Shown here: positions 1 through 10,961 of the stretch, in pieces
Layout of the letters: every line of letters starts with the position of its first letter
How positions within the stretch are numbered: the stretch's first letter is position 1
DNA from: Chitinivibrionales bacterium
GTDB lineage: Bacteria > Fibrobacterota > Chitinivibrionia > Chitinivibrionales > WJKA01
DNA length: 64,000 bases
NCBI GenBank assembly: GCA_038247415.1
Contig: JBBRUX010000005.1
Location: 32,001-96,000, forward strand
Reading direction: 5' to 3'
Notes under the pieces: generated by a model
Seen by the model: only the letters and a program-made list of their open reading frames with translations
The model's database searches: none
What the model was told of the DNA's origin: nothing
Position numbers and translations under genes: made by a program

Positions 1-672
1 ATTCGCGACATTTTTGTAAGCATGGGTTTTGCCATTGCAGATGGTCCTGAAGTTGAATCCGATTATTACAATTTCGAGGCACTCAATACTCCAAAACATC
101 ATCCTGCGCGTGACATGCAGGATACATTCTATATAACACCCGATGTAGTATTACGAACACACACCTCCCCAGTACAAATTCGCGTCATGGAATCTCAAAA
201 ACCGCCCCTACGCTATATAATGCCCGGGCGTGTTTACAGAAACGAAGAAATTAGTTCGCGATCATATTGCCTTTTTCATCAAGTCGAAGGCATTTATATC
301 GATAAAAACGTAAGCTTTGCAGACCTCAAAGGGACACTCCTCGCATTTTCTAAGAGGTTTTTCTCGGAAAACACACGTATTAAAATTCGTCCAAGCTTTT
401 TCCCCTTTGTAGAACCCGGGGTCGAAGTTGACGTCGAATGTTTCTTGTGTAAAGGCATTGGCTGTTCGCTATGCAAGAAAAGTGGCTGGCTAGAAATTCT
501 TGGCGCAGGAATGATTCATCCCAATGTGCTTGCCTCTGGCAAGATAGACCCCAATGAATTCAGCGGTTTTGCTTTTGGTATGGGCATCGAACGGATTGCA
601 CTGCTTAAATATGGTATCGATGACATCCGCCATTTCTATGAAAACGATGCTCGATTTCTCCGTCAATTATAA
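1..672 (+). CDS. pheS: Phenylalanine--tRNA ligase alpha subunit (5' end outside window)
   Basis: Motifs [43 protein letters not shown]; frame is open from base 1; followed by pheT. Confidence 0.97.
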   Translation: MRDIFVSMGFAIADGPEVESDYYNFEALNTPKHHPARDMQDTFYITPDVVLRTHTSPVQIRVMESQKPPLRYIMPGRVYRNEEISSRSYCLFHQVEGIYIDKNVSFADLKGTLLAFSKRFFSENTRIKIRPSFFPFVEPGVEVDVECFLCKGIGCSLCKKSGWLEILGAGMIHPNVLASGKIDPNEFSGFAFGMGIERIALLKYGIDDIRHFYENDARFLRQL

Positions 673-708
673 TTAAATTTTTGTTGTATCAAGGATTTCT
701 ATACCGCT

Positions 709-3096
709 ATGAATATATCGCTTAATTGGCTCAAAGATTTTGTTCCCATAACACTTCCTGCAAAAGATTATGCCGATATTCTTACTGGCCTCGGTTTAGA
801 AATAGCAAAAATCAAGCATTTCTCCATACCCAAGGGCATTGTTGCGGCGCTCGTACTGTCTGTAGAAAAGCATCCTTCTGCCGATAAACTGCATGTCTGC
901 AGCGTTTCTTTGGGAAGCGGCGATTCCGTTCAGATTGTATGTGGAGCACCAAATGTAGCAGCAGGGTTAACAGTTCCCTGCGCAACTATAGGCACTGTAA
1001 TGTCTCCTGAGCTCACCATTACAAAAGCGAAATTACGTGGGGTAGAAAGCTTTGGCATGCTTTGTTCGGAAAGAGAATTGACACTTTCCGACGATCATAG
1101 CGGGCTCATGATTCTTTCCGGGTCAATTGCTCCCGGTACTCCTCTTAATCAAATATATCCAAACGATTCTATATTAGAACTCGAAATTACTCCCAATCGA
1201 GGCGATTGCCTTTCGCTTTTAGGAGTAGCACGGGAATTGGCCGCAAAACTTGGTGTTCCCTTATCGTTTGCAGATATAAAAGTAACCCAAGATCCAACAA
1301 TGCTTTGCTCCCCCATTACGGTACAACTCGATGCTCAGGCATGCCCGCGCTATATGGGCCGATTCATTGCTAACGTTTCAATTGGGCCCTCTCCAGAATG
1401 GCTTAAAAACAGGCTTTCGATACTGGGGCTGCGATCCATCAATAATGTGGTTGACGTTACCAACTATATCCTTTTTAATTTTGGTCACCCGATGCATGCT
1501 TTTGATGCCCAAACAATAGCCGGAAATCACATTGCCATTAAAAATGCCGATTCTGTAGCAACGTTTACAACACTCGACGGAATAGAACGTAAACTTGTGC
1601 CCGAAGATCTCCTGATTTGGGATGCAGAAAAGCCTATTGCACTTGCAGGTATTATGGGGGGGCTCAATTCCTCAATTACCCAATCAACCAAGAATATTTT
1701 TCTTGAATGTGCCTACTTCGATCCTGTTACGGTGCGCAAAACGTCAAAAAGACTTGGTTTATCATCAGATTCTTCGTACCGATTCGAACGCGGAGTAGAC
1801 CCCCTCGAAGGATTAAGCAGAGCTCTTGACACAGCAGCAGAACTTATTCGGCTCACCGCATCGGGAACTATTGCCACAGATTATATCGATTGCTACCCTA
1901 GCGCCTTGCCCGTTAAATCGATTGCGCTTCGCACCGATTATGTCAACCGTCTTTTGGGCATTGTTCTTTCCGACACAGTTGTACATACTCTCATTTCGAG
2001 CCTCGTTGGATTTACCATACAAAAAGATAGCATAGGCCACTTTACTGTTATTGCGCCACATTATCGCCATGATATAACCATCGAAGCAGATCTTGTCGAA
2101 GAGATAGGCCGATTATATGGATACGATACTATTCCAGCTTCGGAACATGGCTATTTGGCCCTTGCTCAACCAGAAAACAAACAAGAAAAAAAGCTCGATG
2201 CGCTTAAAAAAGCACTCTGTGGTGCTGGCCTTGCCGAAATAGTTTGCAATAGCCTCGTTTCGGTTCGAACCAATCAAATCATTACCCCCGACATTAAAGC
2301 AGTTGAGCTCTTAAATCCGCTTAACCCCGATATGGCGCAGCTTCGCACATCACTTACGCCATCCATGCTTTCTACCATTGCCTACAACTTGCATCGTCGT
2401 AATAAAAACAATCGTTTTTTTGAAATTGGCAGAATTTTTTCTGCAACATCCGATCCTATTCCAGCTGCCGAAAGAAGTATTCTTTGTATAGGTCTTGAAG
2501 GTGACGCTACGCCGGCTTCGTGGGCACAAGAACGCCAACCACTAACCTTTCACCATGCGAAAGGGCTACTCACATCTATTGGAATTACCGCTGATAGTGG
2601 ACCGTTTACATTCTCAAATGGCAACCAAAAACATGGGTGGTACAATAGCCATGCCGTGGTCTCTGGACCTTGCGGCATAACTGGGCACTGCGGTCTTGTG
2701 GGAACCGAACTTGTGCAATTCTTTGATATTAAATCTCCCGTGTATCTTATTCATCTCGATATAACACAATGGCTTAAAGAACAGCCTGCTCAAAAGATCT
2801 TTAAAGGCCTCGACCGCTATCCCTCTGTGGAGAGAGATTTCTGCTTCGTTATCGACCAGGCGTTACCTGCATCCACTATTGCCGATCATATTGCAACGCT
2901 ATCTCCTTTAATCTGTCAGGTTACTCCCTTCGATGTGTATGCCGGCGAAAAACTGGGAGCAGGCAAAAAAAGCATTGCCTATTCGGTTACGCTCCAATCG
3001 CCAGTACAAACACTCACAGCAAAAGAAACAGAACCTCTCTGCGATACAATTATTCAAAGCTTGAGTAAAAATTTTGGTGCAACCCTGCGCACTTAA
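709..3096 (+). CDS. pheT: Phenylalanine--tRNA ligase beta subunit
   Basis: 795 aa; VCGAPN tRNA-binding domain, ITPNRGDCLS, RFERGVD, DLVEEIGRLYGY, C-terminal FDX-ACB domain (RYPSVERD, FDVY). Confidence 0.97.
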   Translation: MNISLNWLKDFVPITLPAKDYADILTGLGLEIAKIKHFSIPKGIVAALVLSVEKHPSADKLHVCSVSLGSGDSVQIVCGAPNVAAGLTVPCATIGTVMSPELTITKAKLRGVESFGMLCSERELTLSDDHSGLMILSGSIAPGTPLNQIYPNDSILELEITPNRGDCLSLLGVARELAAKLGVPLSFADIKVTQDPTMLCSPITVQLDAQACPRYMGRFIANVSIGPSPEWLKNRLSILGLRSINNVVDVTNYILFNFGHPMHAFDAQTIAGNHIAIKNADSVATFTTLDGIERKLVPEDLLIWDAEKPIALAGIMGGLNSSITQSTKNIFLECAYFDPVTVRKTSKRLGLSSDSSYRFERGVDPLEGLSRALDTAAELIRLTASGTIATDYIDCYPSALPVKSIALRTDYVNRLLGIVLSDTVVHTLISSLVGFTIQKDSIGHFTVIAPHYRHDITIEADLVEEIGRLYGYDTIPASEHGYLALAQPENKQEKKLDALKKALCGAGLAEIVCNSLVSVRTNQIITPDIKAVELLNPLNPDMAQLRTSLTPSMLSTIAYNLHRRNKNNRFFEIGRIFSATSDPIPAAERSILCIGLEGDATPASWAQERQPLTFHHAKGLLTSIGITADSGPFTFSNGNQKHGWYNSHAVVSGPCGITGHCGLVGTELVQFFDIKSPVYLIHLDITQWLKEQPAQKIFKGLDRYPSVERDFCFVIDQALPASTIADHIATLSPLICQVTPFDVYAGEKLGAGKKSIAYSVTLQSPVQTLTAKETEPLCDTIIQSLSKNFGATLRT

Positions 3097-3248
3097 ATGA
3101 CTGCCTCCTTTGTGCCTATTTCTTTCTGCTAAAATCTTCGTCTTTTTGTGATTTCGAGTGTATTTTAAAGTGTTTCAAAGTTTTCTTTGATACGCATAAT
3201 AAACTTCTGCTTTTTTTAGGGAAATTGTAGCCCGAAAGTAATTACCTT

Positions 3249-4709
3249 ATGGAAGAATCATCTCTGGTAAAACCTTTCTCAGAATTTACTATTCTGATTG
3301 TGGACGACGAAGTCACACTTGTTTCTTTCCTAAAAGAAGCCCTGGGTGATGACTATTGTATTACCACAGCAACAAGCGGAACAGAGGCGCTTAAGCTTAT
3401 TAAGCACGGTGGATTTGATGTCCTCATTTCCGACCTTAAACTTCCCGACATGTCGGGAATTGACATTCTTAAATTTGCCAAAGAGCAAGATGAATTTATC
3501 GAAGCAATAATTATGACGGGGTATGCAACGCTCGATTCGGCAACCCGTTCCATTAACCTTGGAGCATCAGGGTATCTTATTAAGCCACTCTCACTCGATG
3601 AACTTAATTTTCAGATCAAACGGGCAATTGCGCAGCGTTCATTTCATCTTAAAAGCCAAAGCATTATTGAATCTTCTGGTTCTTTTTCTTCCGACATCAA
3701 AAATCATTTGTACGATATTACCCGTTTGTATAACTTTTCCCGTAAGCTCATATTATCGTTTGAATTGCCCGAGATGATCCAGATTATTCTTGATGATATC
3801 AAGGAACGTATGGATCCAGACCTCGCGGTGGTCTCTATTCAGTTTCTTGATTTATCGGAATTATATGCATCAACAAAAAGTGCAGCAATACCAGAAGCTG
3901 CCATCCGAAAAGCCTTGGCCGCTCAATGGACCCAGGCATTTGACGGAATGGACATCGAGCGCTTTCATGCTAACCAAATACCGCTCACCCTTTTTCATGG
4001 CAGACTTCCCGATACACAACTGCCAGACGATATGGATATTGTAACTATTCCCATGATTGTGAAAGGGCGAACAATTGGTTCCCTTGCAATGTACCACAAA
4101 GCACCCTTCTCTTTGGCAATGCCCGAATATCAATTTTTATATATCTACACGTCGCTCATTGCATCCATTGTCGAACATGCGTACCTCGATATGCAAGCCC
4201 AGCTGCTTGCGAAAACAGATGGCCTGACAGGTGTTGCAAACTTCAGGCTTTTTCATGAAACGTTATCACGTGAAATATCGCGTGCTGATCGTAAAAAGAA
4301 TGAGTTCACCCTTATTCTCATCGATATAGACGACTTTAAAAATGTTAATGATACCTATGGGCATCCGGCAGGGAACGAAGTTCTCAAAGACTTAACAAAC
4401 CGTATTGGTGGAATTATTCGCCGAAGCGATCTTTTAGCGCGCTATGGGGGCGAAGAATTCGCCATTATCCTCCCCGATACAGCTTTAGCAGGAGCTGAGA
4501 TTCTTGCCGAAAGAATTCGTAAAGAAACTGAGATTCATCCCGTTATTGTTGGTAATGCTTCTATTGCATATACCATAAGCCTTGGTATTGCGGTATACCA
4601 TGGAGCTAACCCATGCCTGAAAGAATCGCTTGTTACAACTTCCGATCAGGCTTTGTATTCGTCTAAGCGTCAAGGAAAAAACCGGGTTACGGTAGGAAAC
4701 GTAAACTAG
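3249..4709 (+). CDS. Response-regulator diguanylate cyclase (REC-GAF-GGDEF)
   Basis: N-terminal REC (IVDDE, SDLKLP, MTG, KP), central GAF-like region, TDGLTG...DIDDFK...ARYGGEEF with upstream RRSD I-site. Confidence 0.9.
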   Translation: MEESSLVKPFSEFTILIVDDEVTLVSFLKEALGDDYCITTATSGTEALKLIKHGGFDVLISDLKLPDMSGIDILKFAKEQDEFIEAIIMTGYATLDSATRSINLGASGYLIKPLSLDELNFQIKRAIAQRSFHLKSQSIIESSGSFSSDIKNHLYDITRLYNFSRKLILSFELPEMIQIILDDIKERMDPDLAVVSIQFLDLSELYASTKSAAIPEAAIRKALAAQWTQAFDGMDIERFHANQIPLTLFHGRLPDTQLPDDMDIVTIPMIVKGRTIGSLAMYHKAPFSLAMPEYQFLYIYTSLIASIVEHAYLDMQAQLLAKTDGLTGVANFRLFHETLSREISRADRKKNEFTLILIDIDDFKNVNDTYGHPAGNEVLKDLTNRIGGIIRRSDLLARYGGEEFAIILPDTALAGAEILAERIRKETEIHPVIVGNASIAYTISLGIAVYHGANPCLKESLVTTSDQALYSSKRQGKNRVTVGNVN

Positions 4710-4731
4710 TTACCATGCAGAAATTAAACGT

Positions 4732-5997
4732 ATGATACTCTCCTTCTTTGTCACAATCTATAGTTTCGGCTTCGAAATAATTGTTTTTTGTGCGCGCGTT
4801 CTCTTTACCCTTTCGCCCAAATTTGCATCATGGGAAATAGACCAAAGAATTGCCGGCCCAAAAAAAATAGAACACGCTCAACATACTGCAAAAATTGTCT
4901 GGATTCATGGAGCTTCACTTGGGGAAGTACGCCTCATTCCCAAGCTTTTAAGCGTTCTCTGTCAAAAACACCCCCACGATAGATATGTGGTTACTGCAAC
5001 AACTAAAAATGGATTGTACTATCTCTCCACGCTCAAACACCCCTTAATTGACACCTATGGATATCTGCCCTTCGATACCCTTACCCGCATGACCGCCTTT
5101 TTGCGCACCTTTGCAATACACCGTGTATGGATCCTCGAAACCGAAATCTGGCCATCACTACTTTACTCATGCAAAAAAGAAAACATCCCCATCGGATGCA
5201 TTAATGGCCGAATTGAACACAAATCATTTTTACGATACCAACAGTTCAAATGGCTTATCAAGCCCCTGCTTGCAACCTTTAATCCTGTTTTGGTACAATC
5301 GGATGAATATGCAGAGCGCTATCAATTATGCGGTGCGCAACCCGACGCTATAAAAGTATTCCCCAATCTTAAAAGCATTACTTCTATTGCAACTACCTCG
5401 CAAGCAAAGCGAACACGTTTACGTAAAGCTCTTTGTATCTCGCCAACACAGCTGGTATTAACGGCAGGATGTGTTCATCCCGGAGAAGGATTAATTATTC
5501 GCCGAGCAGCAGAATTTCTTAAAAATCGAGGTGTATCCATCACCTGTATCCTGGTGCCTCGTCACCTGAAAGCATGCACCATTATCCAAGGAGAAATGGG
5601 ATCCGATACCCCCATACTTACCAGTTGTTCGGCACACGAATCATTTACATCATGCATAATAAATAAAATTGGCATTCTCGAGGAAATGTATTCTTTGGCA
5701 GATGTTGCATTTGTAGGTGGTACGTTTGTATCCATTGGGGGACATAGCATGTGGGATGCTGCCCAATGTGGTATCCCTGTATTTTTTGGGCCTCACCATC
5801 AAACTCAGTATGAAAGTTGCCTTGCGCTTCAAAACGCCCGCGTTGGCTTTTTAGCAGGGCAGGCAGAAAGTATTGCTCAAGGAATTCTTACCTATGTTGT
5901 AAACGAGCCAGGGCATTCGAATTTTCTGAGTGCTCGAGATGCTTTTGCAAAATCCATGCGTAATAAAATCTCCGACCTCGGGCCTTTTTTACCATGA
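4732..5997 (+). CDS. waaA: 3-deoxy-D-manno-octulosonic acid (Kdo) transferase
   Basis: VWIHGASLGE, YLPFD, ETEIWP, INGRI, LVPRH, FVGGTFVSIGGH motifs of KdtA/WaaA. Confidence 0.9.
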   Translation: MILSFFVTIYSFGFEIIVFCARVLFTLSPKFASWEIDQRIAGPKKIEHAQHTAKIVWIHGASLGEVRLIPKLLSVLCQKHPHDRYVVTATTKNGLYYLSTLKHPLIDTYGYLPFDTLTRMTAFLRTFAIHRVWILETEIWPSLLYSCKKENIPIGCINGRIEHKSFLRYQQFKWLIKPLLATFNPVLVQSDEYAERYQLCGAQPDAIKVFPNLKSITSIATTSQAKRTRLRKALCISPTQLVLTAGCVHPGEGLIIRRAAEFLKNRGVSITCILVPRHLKACTIIQGEMGSDTPILTSCSAHESFTSCIINKIGILEEMYSLADVAFVGGTFVSIGGHSMWDAAQCGIPVFFGPHHQTQYESCLALQNARVGFLAGQAESIAQGILTYVVNEPGHSNFLSARDAFAKSMRNKISDLGPFLP

Positions 5998-7163
5998 GCC
6001 CCCAAGCATTACAAATTCCATCAGCATGCACGCTTCTTTGTGGCGACGATGCCATCAGCATGGAGAATGCCCGAACTACAAAAATCGCGCAATTGACAGC
6101 AGCTTATCCTGGCCTGGCAATTCTCCGCTTTGATCCTGCGGTGCAAAAACTCGGACAATTCCTTGATCAAATGATGACCGTTTCTCTTTTTGCCGAACCT
6201 CGCGCATTTGTATTACGCCATGCGGAATCTCTCGATGCCAAGGAATCTGCTGCACTTGCTACGGCACTAGATTACCCACTCTCCGACGCCTGGCTCTTTA
6301 TTGAATCAACCGACATACCCGGCGCAGCAGCTAAGCCTGCCAAAACAACCAAAACCGCAAAACCAAAAGCTATTGCATGGCCAAACCTTTTCAAGTTGCG
6401 CATGCAAGAACAACCTGCGCGGTATTCCATTACAGAATTTATCAAGCCCCGCGACTACGAAATGGCCCCCTGGGTCGTAGATCGCGCTCGTCAATTCCTG
6501 TCACGTCAAATATCCCCAGCCGATGCAGCACATCTTGTTGATACGGTAGGGCCAGAGCCCGTGTCGCTTTTTTCGGAGCTTCAAAAAATCGACCTTATCT
6601 TGCCCGCTGGTGATCCCATTACTAAAAAGATAATCGACGCAGTATGTGAAGCAGCACGGGAAATTACTCCCTTTGAACTTGCAGAATCACTTGGCAAAAA
6701 AGATTCCGAGCGAACCATGGTTATTCTGGATGGTTTGTTTCGGCAGAATTTTTATGCCCCCACCTGTATTGCAGCGCTCTTTCGCCATTTTTTCGCGCTT
6801 CTGAGAATACGTTCTTACGCAGATTCCCATAAAGCAGAAATGAAAGCGTATCTTGAGGCAGTGGGTAACTTTTCAAAAAAACATATTTCAGACGAAATTG
6901 GCTTGGCGATTGGGGTTGCAGCTGGAATACTTACCGAAACTCAAAGAAATCGGGTATATCCGGCAATCATTAAATCTGGCATTGTTTCTGCAACGCGCAA
7001 TTTTTCTGCATCTTCGCTTATCTCGATTTTAGAAATGCTCTACGAATTTGATATCCAAACAAAACGAGGGCAACTCGATCCAAATCGATCCTCCATGGAA
7101 CTTCTGTGCTATAAGATTCTTCGCTCTAAAGAAATCGAAGCGACCTATTTCAAAGAGCAATAA
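5994..7163 (+). CDS. holA: DNA polymerase III delta subunit
   Basis: LLCGDD N-terminus, SLFAEPR, ELQKI, PFELAE motifs; length typical of HolA. Confidence 0.8.
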   Translation: MSPQALQIPSACTLLCGDDAISMENARTTKIAQLTAAYPGLAILRFDPAVQKLGQFLDQMMTVSLFAEPRAFVLRHAESLDAKESAALATALDYPLSDAWLFIESTDIPGAAAKPAKTTKTAKPKAIAWPNLFKLRMQEQPARYSITEFIKPRDYEMAPWVVDRARQFLSRQISPADAAHLVDTVGPEPVSLFSELQKIDLILPAGDPITKKIIDAVCEAAREITPFELAESLGKKDSERTMVILDGLFRQNFYAPTCIAALFRHFFALLRIRSYADSHKAEMKAYLEAVGNFSKKHISDEIGLAIGVAAGILTETQRNRVYPAIIKSGIVSATRNFSASSLISILEMLYEFDIQTKRGQLDPNRSSMELLCYKILRSKEIEATYFKEQ

Positions 7164-7170
7164 ATTTACT

Positions 7171-7908
7171 ATGAGATATTTTTTCCGCGCAGAATTTGAT
7201 GGTACCGACTACTGCGGCTGGCAGAAACAGCCCAATTGCAGATCGGTTCAAACTGAGATAGAAAAAGCTCTCTCTATTCTCTTGCGTACCCCCATTGAAG
7301 TTATTGGAGCCGGTAGAACCGATGCGGGAGTCCATGCGCGAGGCATGGGAGTGCATTTTGATACTCCCAATAAACTCAATATACATTCGGTACTTCATTC
7401 TCTTAATGGGCTTTTGCCCTACGATATTAGTGTGTATGAAATGCACCTAGTAACAGACACTTTTCATGCCCGATTTTCGGCACTTGTGCGAGAATATTCG
7501 TACACCATGGTGCTGCGAAAAACACCTTTAAGTAAACTTCGTGCCTGGGAAATACGCTCGATAGTTGATTGGGACTTGGTTACCCAGAATGCGCGCGATA
7601 TTTGCGGCACACACGATTTTTCTACCTTCTGCTGCGCCGACACAGCAACCATTAATAAAACATGCACCGTTTTTAAGGCCGATATTGCACGCTCCGATTC
7701 GAACATTGTATTTTCTATAGCTGCCGATCGGTTTATTTACAGAATGGTTAGATCGCTCACCGGGACCCTCATAGACATTGGTCGTGGTAAAATAAAAGCT
7801 TCTATGAAAGATCTTATAGCATCGTGCGATCGATTATGCGCAGGAACCACAGCACCGGCAGCGGGGCTTGTTCTTGAAACCGTTGAGTATCCAAAGGATT
7901 CCCTATGA
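7171..7908 (+). CDS. truA: tRNA pseudouridine(38-40) synthase
   Basis: FDGTDYCGWQKQ, GAGRTDAGVHA, FHARFSA, GTHDFSTF, FIYRMVR; start placed at ATG 7171 just after the holA stop. Confidence 0.95.
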   Translation: MRYFFRAEFDGTDYCGWQKQPNCRSVQTEIEKALSILLRTPIEVIGAGRTDAGVHARGMGVHFDTPNKLNIHSVLHSLNGLLPYDISVYEMHLVTDTFHARFSALVREYSYTMVLRKTPLSKLRAWEIRSIVDWDLVTQNARDICGTHDFSTFCCADTATINKTCTVFKADIARSDSNIVFSIAADRFIYRMVRSLTGTLIDIGRGKIKASMKDLIASCDRLCAGTTAPAAGLVLETVEYPKDSL

Positions 7909-9116
7909 AACAACCTTCGCAACGCACAGGAACCTACCTCATATTCTTAACAATAGGAATAATTTGCGGGGCTATTGGAGGCGGAGAAATCATACGTCGT
8001 ATTCTGACAACTAATGTAAATATTGCCCAGCAGCCACAGCCTATTGCTACCAATAAGCCCGACACCACGACTCTTATAGCACCCACACTCTCATCGGTTC
8101 GAAAAACCGCAATTGTAGATGCAACAACGATTATCGCGCCTACCGTTGTTGGTATTGTAGTAACGCAACTGCAAGAAGTGCGCTCGTCTGCTAACACGGG
8201 CGATTTTTTTGATTTGTATTTTGCACCAGAAATGGTTCCCCGCTACCGTGAAGTAGAAAATATGGGCTCGGGATTTGTTCTTTCTGCCAATGGGATGATC
8301 GTTACCAATTATCATGTTGTAGAGAGCGCCCAAAAACTCTATGTCAACTTTCCCGATGGTCGCGAACTCGAAGGAAAGGTTTTTGCCTTGGATCCACAGT
8401 CGGATATAGCCCTGATAAAAGTTTCTGCTCAAAACCTTTCTTGTGCAAAACTGGGAAATTCGGATAGTTTACTTGCGGGCGAATGGGCCATTGCATTTGG
8501 TAATCCGTTTGGCTATTTCATAAACGATGCACATCCCACAGTTACCGTTGGCGTAATATCTGCGCTTAATCGCAATTTTAGTGCCACCGAAGGTTCCCTG
8601 TACCGAGGAATGATCCAAACCGATGCGGCCATCAACCCAGGCAATTCGGGAGGCCCGCTTGTGAACGCTCTTGGGGAGGTTATTGGTATCAATACGTTTA
8701 TCTATACCGGAAGCAAAACAAATAAAGGTTCAATTGGAATTGGTTTTGCTATTCCCATCAATCGTGTTCGTCGTGTAGTAGACGAGCTGCTCACGTATCA
8801 CACTCGACGACCCGTTTGGACTGGTATTGCCGTTCAGGACATTACCCATGAAATTGCTGCAGCGCTCAATCTTTCACGCATTACCGGGGTAATTGTCACC
8901 AACATACTTGCAGCAAGCCCCGGAGAAAAAAGCGGATTACGTCCCGGCGATGTTATAACGTCACTTGGACAGCATCGTATCAATTCCTCCAGCGATATCG
9001 AAGGATTTTTTCTCGACTATTTTGCAGGCGACCAGATACGCATTGGGTATATGAGGAATGGTAAAGTGGGTTTCGCAACACTTACGCTTGCAGCACCAAA
9101 AACTACGCTTCAATAA
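7905..9116 (+). CDS. HtrA/DegP-family serine protease with PDZ domain
   Basis: GSGF, TNYHVV, DIAL, IQTDAAINPGNSGGPL catalytic triad motifs; N-terminal TM; one C-terminal PDZ. Confidence 0.92.
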   Translation: MKQPSQRTGTYLIFLTIGIICGAIGGGEIIRRILTTNVNIAQQPQPIATNKPDTTTLIAPTLSSVRKTAIVDATTIIAPTVVGIVVTQLQEVRSSANTGDFFDLYFAPEMVPRYREVENMGSGFVLSANGMIVTNYHVVESAQKLYVNFPDGRELEGKVFALDPQSDIALIKVSAQNLSCAKLGNSDSLLAGEWAIAFGNPFGYFINDAHPTVTVGVISALNRNFSATEGSLYRGMIQTDAAINPGNSGGPLVNALGEVIGINTFIYTGSKTNKGSIGIGFAIPINRVRRVVDELLTYHTRRPVWTGIAVQDITHEIAAALNLSRITGVIVTNILAASPGEKSGLRPGDVITSLGQHRINSSSDIEGFFLDYFAGDQIRIGYMRNGKVGFATLTLAAPKTTLQ

Positions 9117-9184
9117 AAACGGCAAAGTGTATATTTTATTACATGTAAAATTACTATTTCACACGTGCAGAAAGGGGCCGCCTG

Positions 9185-9478
9185 ATGGCAGTTGCTCTTA
9201 AGGAAAAAAATATTGCCACGATGATTCTTGTAGTCGTCGTTGGTATTCTCATCGGATCATACCTCAACTACCTGATTATCGCCCTCATCCCGGGAAGCAA
9301 CAACGTTGTTAAAAATTTCTTCTCATTTTATTTCATCAATTTGAATCTCGGTTTTCCAAATCCATGGCTTATCGATCTTAATGCAATCAAATTTCAGCTT
9401 GGAATGCAAATGAAGTTTAGCGTACTCTCCATTATTGGTGTATTTCTGAGTCTCTATTTTTTCCGCTGGTATAAATAA
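9185..9478 (+). CDS. Small membrane protein (DUF4321-like)
   Basis: 97 aa with two hydrophobic helices flanking a beta-like IDLNAIKFQLG segment; purine-rich RBS upstream. Confidence 0.55.
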   Translation: MAVALKEKNIATMILVVVVGILIGSYLNYLIIALIPGSNNVVKNFFSFYFINLNLGFPNPWLIDLNAIKFQLGMQMKFSVLSIIGVFLSLYFFRWYK

Positions 9479-9524
9479 GTAATACTCATCAGGCTCATTT
9501 TTTTTATAGTGCAGAAAGATTTTC

Positions 9525-10958
9525 ATGGATTTTTTACCAACTACCCTATCAGCAATCTCTGCATCGCTTTTGCAGGGAGAAACAACATGCGTTTCTCTTG
9601 TTGAACACTCCTTATCTGCCATAGCTGCTTCACACAATGAAATCAATGCATTTATTACGACACAGAGCGATGCTGCATTAGCACGCGCCAAGCAACTAGA
9701 CTCTCTGTCAACCACAGAAAAACAGAGTTTACCTCTTTTTGGCGTTCCGGTTGCTGTAAAAGACAATATTTGTACAAAAGGGTTAAAAACAACCTGTGGC
9801 TCAAAAATGTTAGCAAACTTTATTCCTCCCTACAATGCAACGGTTGTAGAGGCCCTCGAAAAAGCCGGGGCGATTATTGTTGGCAAAACTAACCTCGATG
9901 AATTTGCTATGGGATCAACTACCGAGAGCTCATTTTTTGGAGCTACAAAAAACCCCCTCGACACAACAAGAATTCCCGGCGGAAGTTCTGGCGGTTCGGC
10001 CGCTGCAGTTGCCGCACATACTGTTCCACTGTCGCTGGGTTCCGACACAGGCGGTTCCATTCGTCAACCGAGCAGCCATTGCGGTATAGCGGGTCTTAAA
10101 CCTACCTATGGTCGAGTATCGCGCTATGGTTTGGTTGCATTTGCATCATCACTGGATCAGATTGGGCCCATGGCACACGACGTTGTCGACTTGGGAACCG
10201 CACTTTCGGTGATATCGGAAGCCGATACACGCGATTCAACACATGCGCGCAAGCAATTTTCTATCGCGCCCGAATCGTACACGCAAAAACTTAACACCAT
10301 GGTAGTGGGCATTCCTCAAGAATATTTTGCAGAAGGTTTAAGCGAAACCGTGCGTACTGCTGTAAACAATACCATAGAAGCGCTTAAGGTCAATGGTATT
10401 AGTTTTATTCCAATTTCGCTTCCCAATCTTTCGTATGCTGTTGCAACATACTATATCATTTGTACAGCAGAAGCGTCCTCAAATCTCTCCCGTTACGATG
10501 GCGTCAAGTATGGACTGCGCGCATCGGGGGCAACAAGTCTTCAGCAGATGTATACAAAAACACGTGCAGAAGGGTTTGGCGCAGAAGTAAAACGACGCAT
10601 TATGCTTGGAACCTATGTTCTTTCTGCTGGATACTACGATGCGTATTATCTTAAAGCCGCACGGGTACGTACGCTTATAGCAAACGATTTTAACGAAGCT
10701 TTTAAACAATGTCAGGCTATTGTTGCACCAACAGCACCCAGCGCAGCATTTAAATTTGGCGAAAAAGAAAACGATCCACTCGCATTATACCTGGCTGATA
10801 TTTATACTGTATCTGCAAACTTATCCGGAATACCTGCCATCACGGTACCCATTAAAAACGCATCTTCTCCAATTGGAATTCAATTTATGGCACCTCGTTG
10901 GAACGAAGAAACTCTCTTGCGTTTAGGATATGCAGTTCAAAACATCCCCAGGATTTAA
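9525..10958 (+). CDS. gatA: Asp-tRNA(Asn)/Glu-tRNA(Gln) amidotransferase subunit A
   Basis: GKTNLDEFAMGS, PGGSSGGSAAAV, LGSDTGGSIRQP, EVKRRIMLGTYVLSAGYYDAYY. Confidence 0.97.
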   Translation: MDFLPTTLSAISASLLQGETTCVSLVEHSLSAIAASHNEINAFITTQSDAALARAKQLDSLSTTEKQSLPLFGVPVAVKDNICTKGLKTTCGSKMLANFIPPYNATVVEALEKAGAIIVGKTNLDEFAMGSTTESSFFGATKNPLDTTRIPGGSSGGSAAAVAAHTVPLSLGSDTGGSIRQPSSHCGIAGLKPTYGRVSRYGLVAFASSLDQIGPMAHDVVDLGTALSVISEADTRDSTHARKQFSIAPESYTQKLNTMVVGIPQEYFAEGLSETVRTAVNNTIEALKVNGISFIPISLPNLSYAVATYYIICTAEASSNLSRYDGVKYGLRASGATSLQQMYTKTRAEGFGAEVKRRIMLGTYVLSAGYYDAYYLKAARVRTLIANDFNEAFKQCQAIVAPTAPSAAFKFGEKENDPLALYLADIYTVSANLSGIPAITVPIKNASSPIGIQFMAPRWNEETLLRLGYAVQNIPRI

Positions 10959-10961
10959 GCA